Of a DNA stretch of 64,000 nt, positions 53,291-64,000 are shown piece after piece. Below the pieces are notes generated by a model that ran no database searches, was not told the DNA's origin, and saw nothing but the letters and a program-made list of their open reading frames with translations. Location: NCBI RefSeq assembly GCF_006345805.1, contig NC_043017.1, forward strand, positions 8,556,001-8,620,000, written 5' to 3'. The DNA is from Octopus sinensis (lineage: Eukaryota). Position numbers and translations under genes: made by a program. Within the stretch, counting starts at the first letter, position 1. Each line of letters starts with the position of its first letter.

Positions 53291-54396
53291 CAATGTTGCT
53301 CTCTCTTTCTAGCATGGCTGGAGTGCCAGTCACAAAATCTGGCAGTCATGCATTTCTAAGTGAACAAGTCTAGTGTTTTGCAGAGCATAAGCAGAAAGCA
53401 TTGTTCTCTATGAGGCTAAAAGCTGGGCTATGAAAGGAGAGCTTGGCAATTGCCTTGATGGAATGTACACCAAACTACTCATAATGGCTTAACCCTTTTG
53501 TCACCATAATTCCATTGAAATACACTGCGTTTATTTCAATTAATTTTGAAAATAACGAAGAAACTAGTGTATTAATCTGGTGTTTGGAACATAAACTAAT
53601 ATGAAAGTTTGATGGAAGGTTTTAACTGATGTCAATGCAAAGCAGGAATTTTGCATCACAGAAACAAGGCGGCGAGTTGGCAGAAACTTTAGCATGCTGG
53701 GCGAAATGCTTAGCAGTATTTCGTCTGCCGTTATGTTGAGTTCAAATTCCACTGAGGTCGACTTTGCCTTTCATCCTTCCGGGGTCGATAAATTAAGTAC
53801 CAATTACGCACTGGGGTCGATGTAATAGACTTAATCCCTTTGTCTGTCCCCTCTGTGTTTAACCCCTTGTGGGCAATAAAGAAATAAGAAACAGGGGCAG
53901 TCTCACAAGCAGAGGTGAATTAGGGTCAAAATGGTTAAAATATCTCCTGGCACGAGCATAAGATCAAATAAATCTATGGACACATTTGACCCAACTCTGC
54001 TATTGTTGCTCAACACAAGAAACGGCTTTGCTGTCCGTTGTCATCATGACAAACAACTGGCCATATTATTAAAAGGACATGATAATATAGTCCTCATCAT
54101 CTGGTCAAAAGAATGAAGTGCAAAGCATAAAGAAATACTGTTTTGGGATTTCTTCCAACTTCACAGAACAAATTACACTTTTATGAATCTGCAATCATCT
54201 GTGAGACGTGTGACCCCAGGCAAGAAATTAGCAACTGAAAGACATGCCATGGCTTGAATTCAGAGTTCAATATTGTCCTAGATATAAAAAAACTGGGTTG
54301 CCTTTGTTGGAATGCCTTTCATCATAAATCTGCTTGATAAAGGGTAGCATGGAGTTAAACAATAGCAACCAGAGACAGCCTTGTCTACCTAAGTCG

Positions 54397-55644
54397 TATT
54401 GGGTCATCCCATAAATGCGGTTTTTTCAGATGCATGAACTAAAAGTCAGAGAGGGACGGGATAAACTACCTGCATCAACTTGCTATAAAAGCAGGTAGTA
54501 ATTTTACCATGTGCTTATTCTTAGTGCAAGTTTTGAAGAGTGCAGTTTGATTTTAACAGTCATTTTTTCAAAGCTATAATGGAAATGAGAAAGGGGCATA
54601 TTTTGCTTTATGAGTTCAATAAAGGCAACAACGCAATGGAAAGTGCAAGGAATATTAATGCAGTATATGGGGATTGGACAATAAGCATAAGCTGGTGTCA
54701 GTGGTGGTTCCAGAAATTCCAAGTCGGAAACTACAGTCTAGAAGATGAGCCTTGTCCTGGAAGATCTTCAGAGCTGGACAAGGACATCCTGCAAACTCTG
54801 ATGGAACAAAATCCCATCGTAACTGTTGAAGAACTAGCAGAGGAGCTTGGATTTGGTCATTCAACCATTCATCAACACCTGCATGCCACTGGAAAAGTCA
54901 GCAAATGGGTCAATGGGTTCCTCACAAACTTTCTGAGTCTAATCATGCACAGAGGGTGAATGTGTGCTCTTCTTAGCTGTCACACCTCACAAATGAACCT
55001 TTTGGGGACTGAATAGTGACTGCTGACGAGAAATGGGTTCTCTATAAAAATGTCAAGTACTGAAGACAGTGGGTAGGGAAAGGGGGGATACTGGCACCCC
55101 AGGCTAAAGAAGGTCATCACCCACGTAAGGTGTTATCTGTTTGGTGGGATATGAAAGGCTTAGTCTATTCTGAACTTTTAAACCCAAACCATATGATAAC
55201 AAAGGAGATCTACTGTGAGCAGCTTGAGTAGCTTAAGTTAATGCTAGAAGGAAAATGACCATCTTAGGTTTCAAGACAAAAGGTGGTCTTCCATCAGGAT
55301 TATGCTCAGCCACTTACTGTGACGATGACATTCCAAAGGCTGGAGCAGTTTCAATGGGAAACAATGTCCCACCCACCATATTCATCAGTCACTGCCCCAT
55401 CTGATTATCATTTATTCTGCAATCTTCAAAATCATTTGGACAGAGAAAATATGAATTCTGTAGAGGAGGTCAGAACAGGACTGGAAGAGTATTTTTCATC
55501 ACAGACAAGTGAATTTTGGAAGAGGGGCCTTGCAAGTGTACCAGATAGATGGAAGAGCATTGTAGAAAATGAAGGAGAGTATATTTGAGTTTGCAAAAAG
55601 AACTTTATCTTAATTTTGAAAAATATTTATGGGATGACCCAATA
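54397..55644 (+). mobile_element. Full-length mariner (DD34D) transposon with a pseudogenised transposase
   Basis: TIRs TATTGGGTCATCCCATAAAT / ATTTATGGGATGACCCAATA, about 1.25 kb. Motifs LEDEPCPGR, WVPHKLSE, VTADEKW, HPPYS..APSDYHLF, with several stops and frameshifts. Confidence 0.93.
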
Positions 55645-55684
55645 ATTATGTATGACAGGAGGGTCTCAGTAATTAAGTTCCACA

Positions 55685-56000
55685 ATGAGGTACAACCACT
55701 TAGTTGTAAGTAGGTACCACAGCTTTATCCAATCCACCATTGTCAGTGAGGTACAATCCACCTAGCTACATGTAAGTAACATGGCTTTATAAAAGACACA
55801 GCTGTCACATCTAGGTACAGTCCATCTAGCTATAAGTAGATGCTGTGGGTTAATGTAATCCATTACTGTCACAGAGAGGTACAGTCTACCTAGCTATAAG
55901 TGGGTACCATGAATTTATGGTAAATCAAATCCCCTGCTGTCATGGGTACAGTCCATCTAGTTGTAAGCAGGTACCCTACATTTAGGCAATCCATTACTGG
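55685..56000. repeat. Degenerate tandem repeat of about 60-66 bp, 5 units
   Basis: GGTACA(G)TCCA(T/C)CTAG(C/T)T(A/G)TAAG recurs five times. Confidence 0.75.
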
Positions 56001-56454
56001 ATGCCGGTGTGTTTGTGTCTCCGCAACTTAGCAGTTCGACAAAAGAGACTGATAGAATAAGTACTAGGCTTACAAAGAATAAGTCCTGGCGTCGATTTGC
56101 TCGACTAAAGGTGGTGCTCCAGCATGGCCGCAGTCAAATGACTGAAACAAGTAAAAGAGCGAGAGAGAGAGAAATCCTATATGTGTGCGTGTGTGCACGA
56201 AATTATGATAAACACATATTGGTATTATTAGTTCATATGTTCGTTAGCACACCGGACAAAATGCTTAGAGACATTTCGTCTGACTTTACGTTCTGAGTTC
56301 AAATTCCACTGGAGGTCGATGTAATTGACTAGTCCCCCCACCACCACCACCAAAATTTCAGGCCCTGTGCCTATAATAGAAAAGGTTATTAGTTCCTCTG
56401 TAGGTTTAACCATTGTAACTGTTTGGAATACTACACAGGATGTAATAATGGGTA

Positions 56455-56682
56455 ACCGTTTAGCATTTAAACCGGCCATAATCCAGCCCCAAATGTTCTA
56501 CCTGTTTTATGGTCAAACTGACCGGATCTGGCCTCTCACACCTACCCTACTATGTCATTCTAAAAATAAACAAGCACATCATCGAAATCTCAAAGCTGAG
56601 AGATAATGCAGGATTAATTCAAATCAATGTGAATGAATAAGCATTGGATTTGTCAGAATAACCTGGAGGATAAAGGTTTTAA
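56455..56682. mobile_element. TTAA-flanked piggyBac-like MITE family (other copies 1-302 and about 12310-12540; related family 28296-28499, 32850-33615, 53488-53660)
   Basis: Shared core CTGGCCTCTCACACCTACCCTAC...GTCATTCTAAAAATAAAC; family termini TTAACCCTTT / AAAGGGTTAA. Confidence 0.6.
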
Positions 56683-57261
56683 GCCTCCAGCTGTACTTGG
56701 AACATCTGAACATCCAATGCAGAGACAGTTCTATATTGAAGAGGTGAAGAATTATTTACATTATTTACATTTGACAGATATTTGTCCTCATCGTGTTTGT
56801 TGTTAACACAATGTTTCGGCTGATATACCCTCCAGTTTTCATCACGGGTATATGGCGTAGTGGTTAAGAGCACAGGCTACTAACCCCAAGATTCTGAGTT
56901 CAATTCCAGGCAGTGACCTGAACAATAATAATCATCATCATCGTTTAACATCCGCTTTCCATGCTAGCATGGGTTGGACAAATGACAGGGCTGGCGAACC
57001 AGATGGCTGCACCAGGCTTCAATCTTGATCTGGCAGTTTCTACAGCTGGATGCCCTTCCTAATGCCAACCACTCCAAGAGTGTAGTGGGTGCTTTTACGT
57101 GTCACCGGCACGGGGCCAGTCAGGTGGTACTGGCAACAACCTTGCTCGAATCTTTTACACATGCCACTGGCACAGGTGCCAGTAAGGTGATGCTGGTAAC
57201 GATCACGCTCAGATGGTGTGTTTTACGTGCCACACACAGACATAGAGAGAACATTTTGTAA

Positions 57262-57302
<41 letters not shown>

Positions 57303-58360
57303 TACAGAGTGGGCTAAAAGTCACACACAAAATAAATTCAATACTCTCCAGAATTGTTGAAGACATGCTTCAATTTTTCTAAAATTAAAATAAACTAATG
57401 ATGAATACACATACTTGTAAATGAACAAAATGAATAATAATAATTTCAAATTTGGGCACAAGGCCAGCAATTCTAGTGGAGGGAGGTAAGTCAATTACAT
57501 CGACCCCAGTGCTCAACTGATACTCATTTCATTGACCCCAAAAGGATGAAAGGACCTTGCAATTTGAACTCAAAAACGCCAAGATCAGTAAAATGCTGCT
57601 AAGCATTTTGCCTGGCACATGCTAACGATTCTGAAAGCTTGCTACCTTAATAACAATAACAACAATAATAATCCTTTCTACTAAAGGTACAAGGCCTGGA
57701 ATTTCTAAGGAGAGGGATGGTTGATTACATCGACCCCAGCACTTGATGGGTACTTAATTCATTGACCCTCGAAGGATGAAAGGCAAAGTCAACCTCAGCG
57801 GAATTTGAACTCAGAATGTTAAGACAGGTGAAATGCCACTAAGCATTTTGTTTGGGGTGCTAACAATTCTGCCAGCTCATCAACTTTAATAATAATAATA
57901 ATAATAATAACAATAATGATAAGAGCACTCAGAGAGCACAAACCTCTGCCAAGGCAACACTAACATCCTCTCAATGATTAACCAGAGAAGATTTTTAAAA
58001 TGAGAATATCTGAAATAAACATGAATGCTCTCGCAAAGCAGAATACTAAAAATGAACTCGACCGTTCTCAAATAAAAAAAAAAAACAGGAAAAAAACAGG
58101 AAAAATAATTCAGAATCCCTGTCTGGTACCAGTTTGGTCCCAAAATCTAATCAGTTTGTGCCAGTCAGGAGGCCAAACATCCCTGAAAGTTTCATCCAAA
58201 TCCATCCAGTGGCTCTTGAGATATCTTGTCCATGGACAAACAGACACAAATGGAAACAATACCTCCACCTTTGCTAAGGCAGAGGTAATAATAATAATAA
58301 TAATGTTAATATAAATAAAATGACAAATGTTTTAGTGTATGACTTTTGGCTCACCCTGTG
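57303..58360. mobile_element. Tc1/mariner-type MITE with nested insertions
   Basis: Imperfect TIRs TACAGAGTGGGCTAAAAGTCA / TGACTTTTGGCTCACCCTGT enclose two SINEs and a DINE-like element. Confidence 0.6.
57921..58288 (-). mobile_element. DINE-1/HINE-like (Helentron-associated) element
   Basis: Subterminal inverted repeat ACCTCTGCC/GGCAGAGGT, terminal stem-loop near GAGCACTCAGAGAGCAC, internal AAAGTTTCATCCAAATCC core, TT ends. Confidence 0.65.
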
Positions 58361-58534
58361 TGTGTGTGTGTGTATTAATTAATGACTGACAAGAGTAGTT
58401 TAAGTAAAATAAATCTATACATTGTTTTCTTCTTTTATTGTTCAAAGCCAGAATTACATTTATTGCAACAGATTTTGTAAGGAAAGGAATCACTATACAT
58501 GCATAGAGGCTTACAATAAACGCTGTTGTATACA

Positions 58535-59640
58535 AGAGAAAGGGCCTTAAAAGAGTGCTCTAATATGTACAAGAGAGGGCACATTAAAAGACTGCTCCAT
58601 GATACAGGACAGAAGGGGCTTTAAAAGAGAGCTTTATTATATAGGACAGAAGGAGCCTTAGAAGAGGGCTTTATTATATAGGACAGAAGGAGCCTTAGAA
58701 GAGGGCTTTATTATATAGGACAGAAGGAGCCTTAGAAGAGGGCTTTATTATATAGGACAGAAGGAGCCTTAGAAGAGGGCTTTATTATATAGGACAGAAG
58801 GAGCCTTAGAAGAGGGCTTTATTATATAGGACAGAAGGAGCCTTAGAAGAGGGCTTTATTATATAGGACAGAAGGAGCCTTAGAAGAGGGCTTATTATAT
58901 AGGACAGAAGGAGCCTTAGAAGAGGGCTTTATTATATAGGACAGAAGGAGCCTTAGAAGAGGGCTTTATTATATAGGACAGAAGGAGCCTTAGAAGAGGG
59001 CTTTATTATATAGGACAGAAGGAGCCTTGGAAGAGGGCTTTATTATATAGGACAGAAGGAGCCTTGGAAGAGGGCTTTATTATATAGGACAGAAGGAGCC
59101 TTAAAAGAGCTTTATTATATAGGACAGGAGGAGCCTTAGAAGAGGGCTTTATTATATAGGACAGAAGGAGCCTTAAAAGAGCTTTATTATATAGGACAGG
59201 AGGAGCCTTAGAAGAGGGCTTTATTATATAGGACAGAAGGAGCCTTAAAAGAGCTTTATTATATAGGACAGGAGGAGCCTTAAAAGAGAGCTTTATTGCA
59301 CTGGACAGGAGACTTAAAAGTATGCTTTATAATACAGGACAGAAGGGGGTCTTAGAATAGTGAAATGATGCCTTATTATTGAGGACAGAAAAATCCTTAG
59401 AATTGAGATTTATTATACAGGAACAGAAGGAGCTTTAAGAGTGTGTTACAGGGCAGAATTGGCCTTAGAAGAGAGTTTTATTATAAAGGACAGAAGGAGC
59501 CTTAAAAGGGAGCTTTATTATAGAGGACAGAAGAAACCTTAGAAGTGAAATTAGAAAGGGCAGAAAGAGCGTTAGAAGAGTGCTTTATATGATATAGAGT
59601 AGAAAGAGGCCTTAGAAGAGCGGCCTAATATATAAAGCAG
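58535..59640. repeat. 37-bp minisatellite, about 30 units, homogeneous centre and decayed edges
   Basis: Unit GGGCTTTATTATATAGGACAGAAGGAGCCTTAGAAGA; GGACAG recurs at 58681 and 58718. Confidence 0.95.
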
Positions 59641-60117
59641 TGGGAGCTATTAGAAAAAGAGGGCTTACAACAAATCACCTCTGATCCATCCAAACCAAGA
59701 AGCAAACAAGTTGGTCCCTTCAGTTTATTGGGGGTTACTTTCATCACATGATGCTTGTAGCAGATTGCAGATGAAGCCTGAAGAGAATCTGGAATGATGG
59801 AACCAAATGAAGGTCAAGGAAGGGCAGGAGGTAGCTAAAAACTGATCCTTATGGGTTTATGTGAAGAACAGGGTGAGAAATAGATGGTAAGATAAATGGT
59901 ATTTGAGAGGGGAGGAAAAAGGGATAGAGAGGAGATAGGGATGAGAGGAAGGGAGATAGGGGTGAGAGAACGAAAAGAGAGAGGGAGTAATAAGTGAAAG
60001 AGAAAGGGAGATAGGGATGAGAGAGAGATGAAGAGAGAGAAATCACATTCATATGTATCGCACTCACTCATTGTTCAACCATTGTCAAAAAAAGGAGTCA
60101 TGAAGCCATGTCAATGC

Positions 60118-60750
60118 TTAGGTTTGCAACATGAGCAATTTTTGTAATTGAGTTGGTAGGGGTAGTTTAGGTATAACCTCTGGTAGATAACAGTAACCCA
60201 GGGCTTTACGTATGACCAGACAACAAAGATTTTGTAGCGCACAAGGGTTCCTACACAGTGACAATAGCAACTTCTTCACCTTGTTATCCTGACAAAGCTC
60301 TGAAATCAAATCTACACATTTACTGTGCATACCTGATGGACCTGAAGCTTTAATTAACAATTCAAGACTTGTGTTGTCCAAACAGTTCAACCCTCTACTC
60401 TGGACATAGGCAGCCTGCATTAAAGGTGTGTAACCCCTAGTGTTTCTGTTGCACAGATCAGCGTTATATTCAAGAAGTAGTTGGATGATCTTGAGGTTCC
60501 CCTTCAGTGCAGCCCAGCTGAGGGGGGTGTCACTGTTATCGTTGCGGACATCAGGGTCAGCCCCCTGCTGCAATAACACCTGGACACATTCAATCTTGTT
60601 CTTGTACGAGGCCCAGTGTAACGGGGTGTTGCCACTGCCATCACGTGCATTTATGTTTGCCCCATGTTGCAGTAAGATCAGTATGCACTGTTCGTCTTTC
60701 TCGGCTGCATAATGCAAAGCTGTCCTCAGGTAACCATCTAAGTCATTCAC
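60118..60750 (-). CDS. ASB8: Ankyrin repeat and SOCS box protein 8, last coding exon
   Basis: VNDLDGYLRTALHYAAEKDE, TPLHWA and DTPLSWAALKGN closely resemble vertebrate ASB8. C-terminal SOCS box LQNLCCLVIRKALG...LPLPTQLQKLL. Acceptor tttctttcAG at 60751-60760. Upstream exons lie outside the window. Confidence 0.93.
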   Translation of the reverse strand: MNDLDGYLRTALHYAAEKDEQCILILLQHGANINARDGSGNTPLHWASYKNKIECVQVLLQQGADPDVRNDNSDTPLSWAALKGNLKIIQLLLEYNADLCNRNTRGYTPLMQAAYVQSRGLNCLDNTSLELLIKASGPSGMHSKCVDLISELCQDNKVKKLLLSLCRNPCALQNLCCLVIRKALGYCYLPEVIPKLPLPTQLQKLLMLQT

Positions 60751-60861
60751 CTGAAAGAAATCACAATACACTAACTGCACTAATTGTTGCAACAGCTCAA
60801 AAAGGGTGGATGTATGTGTGCACGTACACATATGTATAAATGTATAAGTTTATATACATAC

Positions 60862-60892
<31 letters not shown>

Positions 60893-61704
60893 TACATATA
60901 TATACACACACCACACACACATATATACACACACCACACACACATACATATATATACACACACACATACATACATATACACACACACATACATACATATA
61001 CACACACACACACATACATATATATACACACACACATACATATACACACACACACATATATATACACACACACCATACATATATATACACACACACATAC
61101 ATACATATATATACACACACACATACATACATATATATACACACACACATACATACATATATATACACATACACACATATATACACACACACACATACAT
61201 ACATATATATACACACACATACATACATACATACACACAAAAGAAATGAAGGACAAACAAATGGAAAGTGATAACAAATGAAATGCAACAAACAAAATAT
61301 ACCCTTCTGCCTAGAGATTCTCACAGTTTTGTCACCTTGAGGCAGGTATTGCTAACCCTAGCAGCATCAAGAGACAGATAAAGCTGTTAAGGACTAATAG
61401 GACACAAGATACACACAGTTTAATCTGAGCAACTAGGACAGAAAGAAGAAAATGTTTCATGACCAAAATATAATAAAGCAACACAAGACAATATTACACA
61501 TGTGCAAACATGGGAAGAAGGGAATACAGGATAAGGTGCTGAAACAGGTGTTGCCATAATGTGGGCTTGAACCTGGGATCTTGTGGTTGTGAAGTGAACT
61601 TCATAACCTTTGCTACTACACACACAAATTATATAAGTCTTTAGAGTAAATCCCAGCTGTTCCCTCTTGAAGCACATCTGCTTATTCCATTACTTCAATC
61701 AATA

Positions 61705-62090
61705 TCATCATCATTTAACATCTGCTTTCCATGCTAGCATGGGTTGGACGATTTTGACTGAGGGCTGGCGAACCAGATGGCTGCATCAGGCTCCAATCTT
61801 GATTTGGCAGAGTTTCTACAGCTGAATGCCCTTCCTAATGCCAACCACTCCGAGAGTGTAGTGGGTGCTTTTTATGTGCCACCCGCACAGGTGGTACTGG
61901 TAATGACCCCGCTTGAATCCTTTTACACATGCCACCAGCACAGGTGCCAGTAAGGCAACGTTGGTAACGATCACGCTCGAATGGTGCCCTTTTACGTGCC
62001 ACTGGCACGGAAGCCAGTTGGCTGCTCTGGCAACGATCACACTCGGATGGTGCTCTTTGCACCATGCTAGCATGGATGCCAGTCATCGAT
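61705..62090 (-). mobile_element. RTE-related non-autonomous element with internal GTGGCACGTAAAAGCACC-type repeats (copies near 4745(+), 17670, 28690, 34210, 40010, 42455, 56930, 63791)
   Basis: Shared GGCATTAGGAAGGGCATCCAGCTGTAGAAAC block and consensus 3' tail CCCATGCTAGCATGGAAAGCGGACGTTAAA(TGA)n. Confidence 0.75.
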
Positions 62091-62169
62091 TTTGATTTTT
62101 ATTGATTTCATTTGCCTATGGAGAATAAATAATATTAAGAAATTTCCATTTTCCTGTTTTGCTTTAAAA

Positions 62170-62203
<34 letters not shown>

Positions 62204-62650
62204 TAGGTACAGCTGCATAGTTAAACCTGCTTAGCAAACCATGTGGCCCTGGATTCAATCCCACTGCACAGCAACTTGGTTAAGTGTCTTCTATTAAAGC
62301 CCCAGGCTGGCGCACACAATTCTTGTGAGCAGATTTGGAAGACGGAAACTGAAAGAAACCTGTGTGTGTGTGTGTGTGTACAGATGCATATTTGCAAATC
62401 CTGATCATCATTTAATGCTCATATTCCATGTTAGCATGGGTTCGACAGCCACTTTACAGAGTGGACTGGGTGCTATTTTTGTGGCACCAGCACTCGTAAG
62501 GTCACCAAGTAACTTGCGAGACAAAACACCCCTTGATAGAGTGAGGGTACAGTATTGAGGGATGTGACGTTATGCCAGCTGTTGAGGAGCTAAAGCATGA
62601 TAGAGGGACAGGAAAAGTGTCTTGTTGTACAAAATATATGTATATGCGAA

Positions 62651-62687
<37 letters not shown>

Positions 62688-62832
62688 GGATGAATGAATT
62701 ATCTTTTGTTTACTGTTAACATGGAAAATTCAGTAAACAGTTACCAGGGTAGCAAAATTTACGCAAGTAACAAGGATGTAGCAACCTATTCAAAGGTAGA
62801 AACTCCGGGTTAATGTGCAGTAATTTGTATAG

Positions 62833-63015
62833 TATAAGTAAATAAATGGAGTTGAACGCAGATGCTATTCAAATGCTTTTACTTTCTTTCCTGATGAGAA
62901 GATTGCATTTACACCATTTATTCCTTTGGAATAAAACCAATGTTGTCTTCGAAACATATGTCAAGAGTAAAAGAATTTGAATAGCATCTGCATTCAACTG
63001 CATTTATTTACTTAT
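62833..63015 (+). ncRNA. Type I hammerhead ribozyme motif inside a long hairpin
   Basis: CTGATGA (62891), GAAGA...TCTTC stem II with inner TTTATTCC/GGAATAAA, GAAA (62951), palindromic CATATG, GUC triplet. Stem I is about 50 bp but imperfect next to the core. Confidence 0.7.
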
Positions 63016-63019
63016 ATAT

Positions 63020-63790
63020 ATCTGTAATATATGTGACAATTATTTACTTGCCATAATAAAACTGAGTTTCGGCTGTCGGGGTGGAAACCTGCACCGGCAT
63101 CACTTCAGTTATCGAGGCAATCCAAATATGCTATGAAAATGACTATTAAACAAAGGGAAACTACAGTGTAATTGACTGTTATTAAGACAAAAGAGCTATT
63201 AGAATGACCGTTAAATAAGGGGGAAAAAACCAAAGGGGAGGAAGTAAAAAGTAAAGGAGTAAAAATACTCATAGCAATCGCACACCCACGTACATGTGCC
63301 TATATGCATATGCTCATCCACACTCACTTGAAACACACATGCGCACCCACACATACGTCAAAAAAATATACATACCCACACACAAAAAAGTTCCTATACA
63401 CGTCTAAAATATGCACATGCAGGGTGAAAGGTAAAATACAGAAAAAATGTATAAAAATATATAAAGCAATAAAAACATATCTCTATAAATATGTAAAAAA
63501 TATATAAGAAATATATGCAAAATGTATAGAGAGATAAAAAGCTTGTACGTGGACACAATATAAAAAGCAAGTTCTATCTGTGATCTAGGTGGGACCAAAA
63601 ACATAATATTTGGCTACGAGTGGACATATCCAAAAAGTTCAGTTCTTGAATTTAGACATGAAGCAGGGTCTAAGCTGCTTTTCCAGGTGAGCCATCTTTC
63701 CATATCACAAAGACCGCACTTTGCACTGCCGCTGGTGTAAGGCTTACACTTGGCTAAGATCTTCCAATGGATGTTGTAACTGACACCTTT
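63020..63790 (-). mobile_element. 3' part of a Penelope-like retroelement: GIY-YIG endonuclease C-terminus, 3' UTR and hammerhead-bearing terminal repeat
   Basis: 63614-63790 translates to YNIHWKILAKCKPYTSGSAKCGLCDMER...LNSRTEL, matching the WxILxxxxPY...CxLC..E...LNxRxEL pattern of CxxC-type (Naiad-like) PLE endonucleases. 63020-63200 is homologous to 38447-38632. Ends in a TA tract and is interrupted at 63791 by an RTE-type element. Confidence 0.7.
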
Positions 63791-64000
63791 ATCATTTAAT
63801 GTCCGCTTTCCATGGGTTGGACGATTTGACTGAGGACTGGCAAACCAGATGGCTGCACCAGACTCCAATCTAATCTGGCAGAGTTTCTACAGCTGGATGC
63901 CCTTCCTAACGCCAACCACTCCGAGAGTGTAGTGGGTGCTTTTACGTGCCACCGGCACAAGGGCCAGTCAGGTGCTACTGGCAACAGCCACACTCAAATA

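Noticed and set aside
54540-55588. Active or domesticated mariner transposase
   Set aside because: Multiple in-frame stops and frameshifts between the two ORF fragments.
55685-56000. Repeat-spacer appearance of the 60-66 bp array
   Set aside because: The intervening segments are similar to each other (e.g. AATCCA..ACTGTCA), so it is a decayed tandem repeat.
58535-59640. CRISPR-like array (37-bp repeats)
   Set aside because: Units are directly adjacent with no unique spacers, there are no cas genes, and the context is eukaryotic.
60751-60831. N-terminal MCTCTHT...CDFFQ of the ASB8 ORF
   Set aside because: Intronic; homology begins after the tttctttcAG acceptor.

Overview
AT-rich, microsatellite- and SINE-dense animal genomic DNA. 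The repeat landscape resembles a coleoid cephalopod, probably Octopus (inference). Most supplied ORFs are translations of (TA)n/(TG)n/(ATCT)n tracts or SINEs and are not genes. Two real genes converge. (1) On +, the 3' part of a class III myosin (Myo3/NINAC-like). I reconstructed 14 phase-consistent exons from 9891 to the stop at 46566 (4032 nt, 1343 aa), plus a probable extra exon at 2004-2041. They cover the end of the motor domain, four IQ motifs and a tail with five consecutive frame-symmetric exons, one of them 2178 nt. (2) On -, the last coding exon of ASB8 (60118-60750), followed by a 37-bp minisatellite with an AATAAA in each core unit. Introns carry mariner/maT relics, hAT, piggyBac-like and Tc2-like MITEs, Helitrons and SINEs. 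The least-explained signal is a set of short (TA)n-embedded elements, many of them fold-backs, carrying type I hammerhead ribozyme motifs (CUGANGA...GAAA..NUH). One family links by direct sequence similarity to a Penelope-like GIY-YIG endonuclease fragment at 63.6-63.8 kb. All calls were made by eye; no searches or folding programs were run.
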